Shown in pieces: positions 30,968 to 40,229 of a stretch of 43,385 nt of DNA. Below the pieces are notes generated by a model, which was not told the DNA's origin, did not search any database, and saw nothing but the letters and a program-made list of their open reading frames with translations. The DNA is from an uncultured Telmatospirillum sp. (GTDB taxonomy: Bacteria > Pseudomonadota > Alphaproteobacteria > Rhodospirillales > Magnetospirillaceae). The stretch covers positions 1 through 43,385 of the forward strand of contig CAIOJO010000219.1 in assembly GCA_903858635.1 (NCBI GenBank). The letters run 5' to 3'. A program made the translations under genes and the position numbers. Each line of letters begins with the position of its first letter. The first letter of the stretch is position 1.

Positions 30968-32845
30968 ATGTGCGGAATCGTCGGCATTTTCGACCCCGCC
31001 AGCGAGGGGCTTTCGTCGCCGGACCTGCTGCGGCGGATGGCGGGAGCGCTCCGCCATCGCGGCCCCGACGACGAGGGCTTCTTCGAACGGCCGGAAGTTC
31101 AACTGGGCTTCCGCCGCCTGGCGATCATCGACCTCGCCGGCGGCAACCAGCCGATGGCCAGCGCCGATGGCCGGGTGGTCTCGGTGTGCAACGGCGAGAT
31201 CTACAATTATGCGGAACTGCGCAGCGAACTAGAGGCGCGCGGCCACCGCTTTCGGACGAACTGCGACGTCGAGGTGATCCCGCCGCTCTATCTGGAATAC
31301 GGACCGGATTTCGTCACCCGCCTCAACGGCCAGTTCGCTTTCGCCCTCTACGACATTCCCAATCGCCGCCTGATGCTGGCCCGCGATCCGGTGGGCATCG
31401 CGCCGCTGTTCACCGTCGCCTGCGGCAACGGCCTGCTGTTCGCTTCCGAGATCAAGGCCCTGCTGCAACATCCCGCCACCCCGCGGGCCGTCGACCTGAC
31501 CGGGCTCGACCAGATCCTGACCTTTCCCGGCCCGGTCAGCCCGCGCACCATCTTCCGGGACATTGCCAGCCTGGCGCCAGGCAGCCGCATGATCGTCGAG
31601 GCTTCGGGACGGCGGCGGATCGATACCTATTGGGATCTCGACTATCCGCGCATGGACGTGGCAGCGCCGGTGGGCCGCGAGGAAGACTACGTCGACGCCC
31701 TCGACGAGGCACTGCAAGCCGCGGTGCGGCGCCGGTTACGAGCCGACGTGCCGGTGGGCCTCTATCTGAGCGGCGGCCTCGACAGCTCGCTGATCGCCGC
31801 CATGGCGCAGGGGATCTCGGGCGGTGCCGACCGGCAATCCTTCGCCATCGGCTTCCACGACCCCGCCCTCGACGAGCGCCGCTACCAGCAGATCATGGTG
31901 GAACGACTCGGTACCCGCCATCATCAGGCGATCGTCGATCCCGATGCCATCTGCGGACGGCTGCGCGACATCGTCTTCCATGCCGAAGCGCCGCTGCGCG
32001 AATCCTACGACGTCTGCTCGCTGATCCTGTCCGGCCTGGTCCGCGATAATGGCATCAAGGTGGTGCTGACCGGCGAAGGCGCCGACGAGCTGTTCGGCGG
32101 CTATGTCGGCTATCGCCTGGACCCGCATCGGGCCGATGCCGAAGACGACGACCCCAATGACCTCGAAGCCCAGCTCGAGGCGGAGACTCGCCAGCATCTG
32201 TGGGGCGATCGGAATTTCTTTTACGAAAAGCCCTATCGCGCCTTCGCCGACCTCAAGACGGCGCTCTATGCGCCGGCGCTGCGCGAAGCCTTCGCCGAAT
32301 TCGACTGCCTGCGGGACTCGCCGGTCGATCGCCGCCGGCTGGACGGACGGCACGTGCTGCACAAGCGCTCCTATCTCGATTTCAAATTGCGCCTGGCGGA
32401 TCACCTGCTGGCCGACCATGGCGACCGGGTCGCCTACGCCCATTCGATCGAAGCGCGCTATCCCTTCCTCGACCCCCAGGTCATCGACCTGGTGCGGACC
32501 CTGCCGCCCGACCTGATGGTGAAGAACGGCATCGAAAAATACCTGCTGAAACGCCTCGCCGCCCGCTACCTGCCGGCCGCCATCACGGAACGCCAGAAGT
32601 TCAGTTTCGTCGCTCCTCCGGGACCGGCGCTGCTGCAGGCCGGCCATTCCTGGGTCGAGGACCTGTTATCGCCCGAACGCATCCGGCGGCAAGGCTATTT
32701 CGACCCGGAGACCGTCGAGGCGATGAAGGCGCAATATCGCCGGCCCGATTTTGCCCTCAACCAGACCTTCGACGATGATCCGCTGATGGTCGTCCTGACC
32801 TTCGGCATCCTGCTCGAAACCTTCGACCTGCCAAACCTCTCCTGA
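30968..32845 (+). CDS. Asparagine synthetase (glutamine-hydrolysing) AsnB-like amidotransferase.
   Basis: N-terminal nucleophile MCGIVG; PP-loop LYLSGGLDSSLIAA. The ATG lies 4 nt after the megasynthase TAG stop. Confidence 0.9.
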   Translation: MCGIVGIFDPASEGLSSPDLLRRMAGALRHRGPDDEGFFERPEVQLGFRRLAIIDLAGGNQPMASADGRVVSVCNGEIYNYAELRSELEARGHRFRTNCDVEVIPPLYLEYGPDFVTRLNGQFAFALYDIPNRRLMLARDPVGIAPLFTVACGNGLLFASEIKALLQHPATPRAVDLTGLDQILTFPGPVSPRTIFRDIASLAPGSRMIVEASGRRRIDTYWDLDYPRMDVAAPVGREEDYVDALDEALQAAVRRRLRADVPVGLYLSGGLDSSLIAAMAQGISGGADRQSFAIGFHDPALDERRYQQIMVERLGTRHHQAIVDPDAICGRLRDIVFHAEAPLRESYDVCSLILSGLVRDNGIKVVLTGEGADELFGGYVGYRLDPHRADAEDDDPNDLEAQLEAETRQHLWGDRNFFYEKPYRAFADLKTALYAPALREAFAEFDCLRDSPVDRRRLDGRHVLHKRSYLDFKLRLADHLLADHGDRVAYAHSIEARYPFLDPQVIDLVRTLPPDLMVKNGIEKYLLKRLAARYLPAAITERQKFSFVAPPGPALLQAGHSWVEDLLSPERIRRQGYFDPETVEAMKAQYRRPDFALNQTFDDDPLMVVLTFGILLETFDLPNLS

Positions 32846-32879
32846 GGATGGCGAAATAAGGAACGGGACCATAGACGCC

Positions 32880-34400
32880 ATGCAACGCAACGCTTACGTG
32901 GAGCAGTTCGAGTGGCAGACCGAGACCCGCCCGGCGGCGATCGCCATCGAGGCCGGCGGACGGGAGGTGAGCTACGGAACGCTGAATCGCGACGCCAACC
33001 GTCTCGCCCATGCCCTCGGCAGCGGGTCCGCCGGAACCGCCCCGCGGATCGTCGGCCTGTTCCTCGAACCCGGCATCGCCTATGTCGGCGCGCTGCTGGC
33101 GGCCGGCAAGGCGGGCGCCGCCTTCATGCCGTTGGATCCGGCCGATCCGCCGGCCCGGCTGGCCGACAAGCTGGCCCGCAGCGGGGTCCGCCAAGTCATC
33201 ACCGACTCCCGGTTGGCGCCACTCCTGGCCGAACCTCTGGCCGGCCGGCCGGAGGTGGCGCTGTTGGTGGCGGACCATGCCGGCGCCGGCCTGCCGGACA
33301 GCAATCCCGGCCTCGCCGTCAAGGCCGGCGATCCCTGCTACGTCATGTTCACCTCGGGCTCGACCGGAACACCCAAGGCGATCCTCGGCCAGCAACGCGG
33401 CCTCAGCCATTTCCTGCGCTGGGAACTGGCCGAATTCGGACTCGACGAACGCTGCCGGATCTCCTGGCTGGCGCCGCCCACCTTCGATGTCAGCCTGCGC
33501 GACATCCTGGCGCCGCTGATGGCCGGCGGCTGCCTGTGCATTCCCGACGAGCCCACCGCCCGCACGCCGCGGCTGCTGATCCGCTGGCTGGCCGACCGCC
33601 GGATCACCCTGGTCCATTGCGTTCCCACCGTGCTGCGCCTTCTGACCCAAGAACTGGGATCAACCGGGGCGGCCCTGCCGCTGCCCGACCTCGGCCATCT
33701 CCTGGTGGCGGGGGAACCCCTCTACGGCGCCGATGTCGCCGCCTGGCGCGCCGCCGCCGGCGGTGGCGCCCGGCTGGTCAATCTGTACGGGCCCTCGGAA
33801 ACCACCCTCGCCAAGCTGTTCCATCGGATCGAGGACCTGCCCGCCGATCCGCGCCGGGTGCTACCCATCGGCCGGCCGCTGCCCAATACCGCGGTGTTGA
33901 TTCTCAAGAACGGCAAGCCCTGCGTGGTCGGCGAAATCGGCGAGATCCATATCCAGACCCCCTATCGCAGCCTCGGCTATCTCGGCGATCCGGAATTGAC
34001 GGCAGCCGCCTTCATCGCCCATCCGCAGAATCCGGCCGAGCCGGAACCGCTCTACCGGACCGGCGATCTTGGTCGCATCAACGAGCAGGGACTGGTGGAA
34101 TGCCTCGGCCGCATCGACAACCAGGTCAAGATCCGCGGTATCCGGATCGAACTGGGCGAGATCGAGGCTGCCATGCGCAGCCTGCCCGGGGTCGCCGATG
34201 CGGCGGTGACGGTGCATGCCGATCAGTCCCAAACACTGGTCTGCTACGTCACCGGCCGCGATGGTCCGCCGCCGGCGGCGGAAGCATTGCGCCAAGGACT
34301 GACGGCGATTCTGCCGCCGGCGCTTCATCCCCATCTGTTCGTCCCCCTCGCCCTGCTGCCCCGCACCCTCAGCGGCAAGATCAACCGCAAGGCCTTACCC
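32880..34400 (+). other. Adenylation domain A2.
   Basis: MFTSGSTGTPKA, TFDVSLRDI, NLYGPSETT, YRTGDLGR, GRIDNQVKIRGIRIELGEIE, SGKINRKAL. Confidence 0.85.
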
Positions 34401-37400
34401 CGGCCCGAAGCGCTGTTCTACCAACAGCACGCCTTTGCCGCGCCCGAGAGCGCCGCCGAAGAACGGCTGTGCCGGATCTGGAGCGAGCTGTTCGGCATGG
34501 AGCGGATCGGTGTGACCACCGCATTCGTCGAGTTCGGCGGTGACTCGCTGAAAGCGATGCGCGCCCTGGCCCGCATCTACGACGACTTCGGCATCGAGGT
34601 CAGCCTGCGCGATTTCTTCTCCCGTCCCACCATCCGCGCCCTGGCCTCCCTGCTTGCCACTACGGCCCAGCCTGCGGTCCCCGGCGCGCTGATTTCCCGA
34701 ATGCCGGAGATGCCCGACTATCCGGTATCGGCGGTCCAGGCACGGCTGTGGACGCTTGACCGCATGGGGGTCGCCCCGACCGCCTACAATCTCGCCGAAG
34801 CCTATCTGCTGGCCGGCCCGCTCGATGCCGAGGCCCTGGAGCAGGCCTTCCAGGCCACCATCGCCCGCCATGAATCGCTGCGCACCGCCTTCGTCGAGGG
34901 GGCGGGCGGCCTGCCCCGCCAAGTCGTCCATGCCGACCCGGCCTGGCGCATGGAACGGTTCGCAATGGCCTCGATCGAAGAGGCGGAAGCCGCGGCGGCA
35001 GCCAATCCCGAACATCCCTTCGATCTATCCCGGCCCACCCAGCTGCGGGTCGTCCTCATCCATTTGCCTGCCGGCCAGGACATCGAACGGCATGTGCTGC
35101 TGTTCAATATCCACCATATCATCAGCGATGTCTGGTCCCTCGACCTGCTGGTCCGCGAGGTGGCGGCACATTACCGGGCACGCATCGACACTGGCGGCGA
35201 GGCTCCCCTGCCCCCCCTCGCGCTGCACTATCGTGATTTCGCCGGCTGGCAACAGGCGCGGCTGTCCGGCCCCGATGCCGGCGCCGACCGGGCCTTCTGG
35301 CACGCCCATCTGGCGGCACCGCGGCCCCTGCTCGATCTGCCGACCGACCTGCCGCGCCCGGTGATGCAGACCTTCCGTGGCGCCACGCTGCACTTCGAGC
35401 TGCCGCCGGACAACCTGGCGGCGCTCGACCGTCTGGCCGAGACGCGCGGCGCCAGCCGCTTCTCCCTCCTCGCGGCGCTGACCGGACTGCTGCTGCACCG
35501 CGTCACCGGCCAGACCGACCTGATCCTCGGCAGCCCGGTGCTCGGACGCGATCAGCCCGGCCTGCAAGAGCAGATCGGCTGTTTCGTCAATGAACTTGCC
35601 CTTCGCCTGAGGATCGCTTCCGACGACAGCTTCGCCGACCTCCTGGCCCGCATGGCCGAAACCGTCGGCGGCGCTTTGCAGCACCAGTCCTTCCCCTTCG
35701 ACGCCCTGCTGGGTGAACTGGAATTGCGCCGGGACATCAGCCGCGCGCCGCTGTTCGATGTCATGGTGGTGCTGCAGCCGGAGGACAGTCTCGATCTGAC
35801 CCTCGACGGGATCGCAGTCTCGCCGTTCGGAGCGCGCAACGCCTGGAGCTTCAGCCGCTACGATCTGGTGTTCCATTTCATGGAAACCGCGGACGGGCTT
35901 CGCCTCGACCTCAATTACAACACCGATCTGTTCCTGCCCGCGCGGATCCGCCGACTGGGCGCCCTGTGGCTGGAAGCGGCGGAGGCCGCCGCCCTGGCCC
36001 CGGATGCGCCGTTGGCGTCCCAGGCGCCGCTGCCGGCCCAGGAAGTAACGCTGTTGGCCGAGCTGGCGGCGGGGCCGATGCGGCCGCGGCCGCAAGAGGC
36101 GACCATGGCGAGCCTGGTCGCGGCGCAGGCGCTGCGGGATCCGCAAGCGCTGGCGGTGCTGGCGGCGGGACAGTCGGTGAGCTACGGGCGGCTCGACCAG
36201 GCTGCCGGGCGGATCGCCCGACATCTGGCGGAACGGGGGATCCGACGCGGCGACCGGGTGGGGGTGCAGGCCCTGCCGAGCGCTGCCAGCCTGGCCGCAT
36301 TGCTGGGGATTCTCTATGCCGGAGCGGTCTATGTGCCGCTCGATTCGACCCTGCCGACGGCGCGGCTGGCGTGGATGGCGGCTCGCGCCGGCTGCCGCCT
36401 GGTGCTGGTCGACACGGCGGACGAGACCCGCCCCGAGGTCGGCGAAGCGGCAGCGGTGGCCGCCATTCTCGGCAGCGCCGATCCTGCCGGCTGGGCGCTG
36501 GAGGGACAGTCGGGTGGCCTCGACGCGGCGCTCGCGCCACGTCCGGAGGATGCCGCCTACCTCATCTTCACCTCCGGCTCGACCGGGGAACCCAAGCCGG
36601 TCCTGGTGGCCCACGGCGGTTTCGTCAACATGACCCTGGGCCAGGTCGAAATCCTCGGCTTAACGACGACGGACCGGGTGTTGCAGTTCGCCTCGCCGGG
36701 GTTCGACGCCGCCCTGGCCAATCTGTTCATGGCCTGGGTGGCGGGCGGGGCGGTGGTCACCATCGAGCGCGCGACGATTGACGATCCAGGACGCTTTCTC
36801 GCCACTCTGGACGCGACGAAGTGCAGCGTGGTGACCCTGCCGCCGACCTATCTGCGGATGCTCGACCACGCAACATTGGGCCCGGTGCAGGTGCTGATCA
36901 CCGCTGGCGAGCCGGCCGTAGCGGGGGATCTGGGCCATTACGCGAATCACCTGCGGGTGTTCAACGCATACGGTCCGACCGAGATCTCGGTCTGCGCCAC
37001 CATGCATCGGGTGCAGCCGGCGGATGGCGCCTTGGCCCGCATTCCCATCGGCCGGCCGCTGCCCAACGTCACCATCCGACTGCTCGATGCGGCCGGACGC
37101 GCGGTGCCGGCGGGCGCCGTCGGCGAGATCCATATCGGCGGGCCGGGCGTGGCGCTCGGCTATCTCGGCGATTCGACGGCGACCGCGGCGCGTTTCGTCA
37201 TCGGCAATAGTGGAGAGCGGCTCTATCGCAGCGGCGATCTGGGCCGATGGCGTGAAGACGGTAGCCTCGACTTCCTGGGCCGCAACGACGATCAGGTCAA
37301 GGTGAACGGCCATCGCCTCGAACCGGGCGAGGTGGCAGCGGCGCTGCGTGGCCTGCCCGATGTCGCCGACGCCCATGTCGCCGGGCTGACGCGGCCCGAC

Positions 37401-40229
37401 GGCAGCACCGGACTGGCCGCCTGGTACGTGCCGCGGCGCCGCCCGGAGCTGTGGCCATCGGTGGCGGAATTCTATATCTACGACGATATCCTCTACGGCA
37501 GCATGGCCGCCGACACGGCGCGCAACGCCGCCTACCGCGCCGCCTTCCAGCGCCATCTTGCCGGCAAGACGGTGCTCGAGATCGGTCCCGGCCCGCTGGC
37601 GGTGCTGTCGCGGCTTGCCATCGAAGCCGGGGCGAAGCGGGTTTATGCCGTCGAACTGCTGGCCGAGACCTGCGAGAAGGCGCGCCGTACCGTCGCCCTG
37701 CAGGGCCTGGCCGACCGCATCGTCGTGCTGCATGGCGATCTGCGCCATATCGCGCTGCCGGAACCGGCCGATATCTGCATCTCGGAGATTGTCGGCGCCA
37801 TCGGCGGCTCGGAGGGAGCGGCAGCGATCATCAATTCGGCGCGCCGCCTGCTGACCGACCCGACGGCAATGCTGCCGCGACGCAGTCTGACCCGCGTCGC
37901 CGCGGCAAGCCTGCCCGACGAATTGCTGCGGCGGGCCTTCGGCAAGACCGCCGCCCATTACGTCGAGCGAATCTTCGCCGAGGTCGGGCGCCCCTTCGAC
38001 CTGCGACTCTGCGTCAAACACCTGCCGATGGACGCAATCCTGTCCGGCGACGCGGCGTTCGAGGATCTCGACTTCACCCGCGACCTGCCGCTCGAGGGCG
38101 ACCACACCATCACCCTCGACGTCACCCGGGCCGGAGTGATGACCGGATTCATCGTTTGGCTGACCCTCGAAATCGACGAGACCAGCCGGTTCGACATCCT
38201 CGAATCGCAGGCCAGCTGGCTGCCGGTCTATCTTCCGGCCTTTCCCGAGGGGATCCAGGTCGAGCCCGGCGACCGCATCACCGCCACCATCCGCCGCCGC
38301 CTCTCGGTCAACCGCCTCAATCCCGACTTTGCGCTCTCCGGCGAGGTCATCCGAGCCGGCCTCCCGCCCTTGGCTTGGCACCATGACAGCCCCCATTGCG
38401 CTCAGTCGTTCCGGGCCAATCCCTTCACCCAAGCCTTGTTCCCCGAAGGGCGCATCGCCACCAGCGAGGCGGCCGCCACCGCCGAGCTGCGCTCCGCCTT
38501 GGCCCGCCAGTTGCCGGCCTATGCTGTTCCCGCCTTCCTGATCCCGGTGGACAGCCTGCCGCTGACCGCGAACGGCAAGGTGGACCGCACCGCCCTGCCC
38601 GACCCCCTGGCCGGCGCAGCGCAAAGCGGCGGCATCCCCGGGACGGCCCTCGAAGCAACCATTCTGGCCATCTGGCACAAGGTGCTGGGTCGGGAGGATC
38701 TGGGCACCGGTGACGATTTCTTCTCCCATGGCGGCGACTCGATCCGCGCCATCCAAATCCTCGCCCAGCTCTACCAGGCCGGTCTCAAGGCGGAGATCCG
38801 CGATATCTTCCAGAACCCGACGGTGGCGACCTTTGCCCGGCGGGTCCGGCCGCTCCGGCAGGCCGCCACCCAGGAGCCGGCGGCCGGTCCGGCGCCGTTG
38901 ACCGCAATCCAGCGCTGGTTCTTCCACACCATCACGGCGGCCCCGGCGCATTTCCTCGTTGCGGTGCTGCTCAAGGCGCCGGCACGGCTTGACCCTACCG
39001 CCACCGAAGGCGCGGTGCAGGCCCTATGGCGCCACCATGATGCCCTGCGGGCCCGTTTCATCGATGGGCCGCCGACCATCCAGCAAATCATCGACGGCCC
39101 CGAAACCCGGGCTGGCTTTACCGAAGTCGATCCGGATCGACTGCCCGACTGGGCGAACGCCGCCTATGGCAGCCTGTCGCTGCGCGATGGCCCCTTGTTC
39201 AAGGCGGTACTCGCCCGTGGCGCCGGCGAGGCGGGCGGCGATGCGGTTCTCCTGGTCGCCCACCATCTGGTCGCCGACGCGGTGTCCTGGCGCTTCCTGC
39301 TGGAGGACTTCATCACCGCCTACGAGGCGCTGCGGACCGGTGAGGTTCCCAACCTGCCCCGCAAGACCCTGTCATTCCGCGACTATGCGCGGAGCGAAGA
39401 GCAGGCCGCGCCTGCCAACGACACCGACCTCGCCGACTGGCGGCGGCTGGCGGCGGTGCCGCCGCTGCCGGTCGACCACCCGGCACCGGGCGGCGCGACC
39501 GTCGCCGACAGCCGCAGTGTGGCCCTGGTGATTCCCGCCCCCGAAACCGCCCTGCTGGTGGCGGCGGCGCATTCCGAGCCCGATGGGGGACTGCAGGTTC
39601 TGCTCCTGGCCACCCTTGCCCGTGCACTGCGCCGCAGCTTCGGCTGCCGGCGCGCCCTGATCACCGTCGAAGGGCACGGCCGCGACGAAAGCGCCGATGA
39701 ATTCGATCTCACCCGCACCGTTGGCTGGTTCACCGTCTTCCATCCGCTGCTCCTGGAGATGCCGGAGGTTCCGATCCTCGATCTGGCCCGCCAGATCCAG
39801 CGCAATCTCGCCCTGCTGCGCGGCCGTAGCCGGGCCTACGTGAAAGGCTTGGCGGCTCTCGGCGCCGAAGCACCCGCCCCGTCGATCGGCTTCAATTATC
39901 TGGGTGACTTCGGTGCGACCCGCCGGGGCGAAGGGATCGCCGTCGAGTGGACGCCGCCAGGCCAGCCGGCCGCGCCGGACAATCCGCGGATTCACCCGAT
40001 CGACCTGCTGGCCATGGTGATTGATGGTCGGCTGGAGATCGGGATCGATTACGATTCCGGCAGCTTCGCGGCGACGACCATCGCCCGGCTGGCCGAGTCG
40101 TGGCGGGCCGCGCTGGACGAATTTGCCGCCGGATGCCGCCAGGCGGGCGGCTTGAGCCGCCTTGACACCGCCCCTTCCCACTTTCCGATGGACCAGGCGC
40201 ATTTGGAGAACCTGCTTGTCGGCGACTGA
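32880..40229 (+). CDS. NRPS. Domain order: A-T-C-A(with embedded methyltransferase)-T-C(terminal).
   Basis: See the domain features. There is no thioesterase domain. Confidence 0.95.
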   Translation: MQRNAYVEQFEWQTETRPAAIAIEAGGREVSYGTLNRDANRLAHALGSGSAGTAPRIVGLFLEPGIAYVGALLAAGKAGAAFMPLDPADPPARLADKLARSGVRQVITDSRLAPLLAEPLAGRPEVALLVADHAGAGLPDSNPGLAVKAGDPCYVMFTSGSTGTPKAILGQQRGLSHFLRWELAEFGLDERCRISWLAPPTFDVSLRDILAPLMAGGCLCIPDEPTARTPRLLIRWLADRRITLVHCVPTVLRLLTQELGSTGAALPLPDLGHLLVAGEPLYGADVAAWRAAAGGGARLVNLYGPSETTLAKLFHRIEDLPADPRRVLPIGRPLPNTAVLILKNGKPCVVGEIGEIHIQTPYRSLGYLGDPELTAAAFIAHPQNPAEPEPLYRTGDLGRINEQGLVECLGRIDNQVKIRGIRIELGEIEAAMRSLPGVADAAVTVHADQSQTLVCYVTGRDGPPPAAEALRQGLTAILPPALHPHLFVPLALLPRTLSGKINRKALPRPEALFYQQHAFAAPESAAEERLCRIWSELFGMERIGVTTAFVEFGGDSLKAMRALARIYDDFGIEVSLRDFFSRPTIRALASLLATTAQPAVPGALISRMPEMPDYPVSAVQARLWTLDRMGVAPTAYNLAEAYLLAGPLDAEALEQAFQATIARHESLRTAFVEGAGGLPRQVVHADPAWRMERFAMASIEEAEAAAAANPEHPFDLSRPTQLRVVLIHLPAGQDIERHVLLFNIHHIISDVWSLDLLVREVAAHYRARIDTGGEAPLPPLALHYRDFAGWQQARLSGPDAGADRAFWHAHLAAPRPLLDLPTDLPRPVMQTFRGATLHFELPPDNLAALDRLAETRGASRFSLLAALTGLLLHRVTGQTDLILGSPVLGRDQPGLQEQIGCFVNELALRLRIASDDSFADLLARMAETVGGALQHQSFPFDALLGELELRRDISRAPLFDVMVVLQPEDSLDLTLDGIAVSPFGARNAWSFSRYDLVFHFMETADGLRLDLNYNTDLFLPARIRRLGALWLEAAEAAALAPDAPLASQAPLPAQEVTLLAELAAGPMRPRPQEATMASLVAAQALRDPQALAVLAAGQSVSYGRLDQAAGRIARHLAERGIRRGDRVGVQALPSAASLAALLGILYAGAVYVPLDSTLPTARLAWMAARAGCRLVLVDTADETRPEVGEAAAVAAILGSADPAGWALEGQSGGLDAALAPRPEDAAYLIFTSGSTGEPKPVLVAHGGFVNMTLGQVEILGLTTTDRVLQFASPGFDAALANLFMAWVAGGAVVTIERATIDDPGRFLATLDATKCSVVTLPPTYLRMLDHATLGPVQVLITAGEPAVAGDLGHYANHLRVFNAYGPTEISVCATMHRVQPADGALARIPIGRPLPNVTIRLLDAAGRAVPAGAVGEIHIGGPGVALGYLGDSTATAARFVIGNSGERLYRSGDLGRWREDGSLDFLGRNDDQVKVNGHRLEPGEVAAALRGLPDVADAHVAGLTRPDGSTGLAAWYVPRRRPELWPSVAEFYIYDDILYGSMAADTARNAAYRAAFQRHLAGKTVLEIGPGPLAVLSRLAIEAGAKRVYAVELLAETCEKARRTVALQGLADRIVVLHGDLRHIALPEPADICISEIVGAIGGSEGAAAIINSARRLLTDPTAMLPRRSLTRVAAASLPDELLRRAFGKTAAHYVERIFAEVGRPFDLRLCVKHLPMDAILSGDAAFEDLDFTRDLPLEGDHTITLDVTRAGVMTGFIVWLTLEIDETSRFDILESQASWLPVYLPAFPEGIQVEPGDRITATIRRRLSVNRLNPDFALSGEVIRAGLPPLAWHHDSPHCAQSFRANPFTQALFPEGRIATSEAAATAELRSALARQLPAYAVPAFLIPVDSLPLTANGKVDRTALPDPLAGAAQSGGIPGTALEATILAIWHKVLGREDLGTGDDFFSHGGDSIRAIQILAQLYQAGLKAEIRDIFQNPTVATFARRVRPLRQAATQEPAAGPAPLTAIQRWFFHTITAAPAHFLVAVLLKAPARLDPTATEGAVQALWRHHDALRARFIDGPPTIQQIIDGPETRAGFTEVDPDRLPDWANAAYGSLSLRDGPLFKAVLARGAGEAGGDAVLLVAHHLVADAVSWRFLLEDFITAYEALRTGEVPNLPRKTLSFRDYARSEEQAAPANDTDLADWRRLAAVPPLPVDHPAPGGATVADSRSVALVIPAPETALLVAAAHSEPDGGLQVLLLATLARALRRSFGCRRALITVEGHGRDESADEFDLTRTVGWFTVFHPLLLEMPEVPILDLARQIQRNLALLRGRSRAYVKGLAALGAEAPAPSIGFNYLGDFGATRRGEGIAVEWTPPGQPAAPDNPRIHPIDLLAMVIDGRLEIGIDYDSGSFAATTIARLAESWRAALDEFAAGCRQAGGLSRLDTAPSHFPMDQAHLENLLVGD
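34440..34660 (+). other. PCP.
   Basis: FVEFGGDSLKAM. Confidence 0.75.
34715..36020 (+). other. Condensation domain C5.
   Basis: YPVSAVQARLWTL...; IHHIISDVWS. Confidence 0.8.
36090..38605 (+). other. Adenylation domain A3, interrupted between core motifs A8 and A9.
   Basis: FTSGSTGEPKPV, GFDAALANL, NAYGPTEIS, YRSGDLGRW, GRNDDQVKVNGHRLEPGEV (A8), then an insert of about 350 aa, then LPAYAVPAFL (A9) and NGKVDRTAL (A10). Confidence 0.85.
37440..38500 (+). other. Embedded PRMT-fold (type I protein-arginine-methyltransferase-like) SAM methyltransferase domain.
   Basis: FYIYDDILYG...NAAYRAAF resembles the YFxxY...ML...R...Y N-terminal helix of PRMTs. The motif I region is VLEIGPGPLAVLSRLAIEAGAKRVYAVE; compare PRMT VLDVGSGTGIL..AAKAGA.KVIGIE. 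The post-I region is IVVLHGDLRHIALPEPADICISEIVGAIGGSEGAA, with two Glu nine residues apart (compare the PRMT double-E loop in VDIIISEWMGYCLFYESM). A THW-loop-like SWLPVYL follows. Confidence 0.65.
38640..38860 (+). other. PCP.
   Basis: FFSHGGDSIRAIQ. Confidence 0.75.
38888..40226 (+). other. Terminal condensation-like domain (a candidate releasing or cyclising C domain).
   Basis: LTAIQRWFF...; VAHHLVADAVSW (an HHxxxD-type motif with Ala in place of Gly). It is the last domain, and the operon encodes no thioesterase. Confidence 0.7.

Noticed and set aside
17056-30987. Very long minus-strand ORFs antisense to the megasynthase: 17056-20346, 20419-24045 and 25855-30987.
   Set aside because: Their translations are Arg/Gly/Ala/Pro-rich low-complexity sequences with no recognisable motifs. 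This is the usual stop-codon-poor antisense-frame behaviour at about 70% GC. The sense frame has an unbroken, fully interpretable NRPS/PKS domain series.
32912-34543. A 543-aa alternative-frame ORF over the first A domain of the second NRPS.
   Set aside because: The frame-1 translation has all the A-domain core motifs. The alternative frame is Arg/Pro-rich junk.
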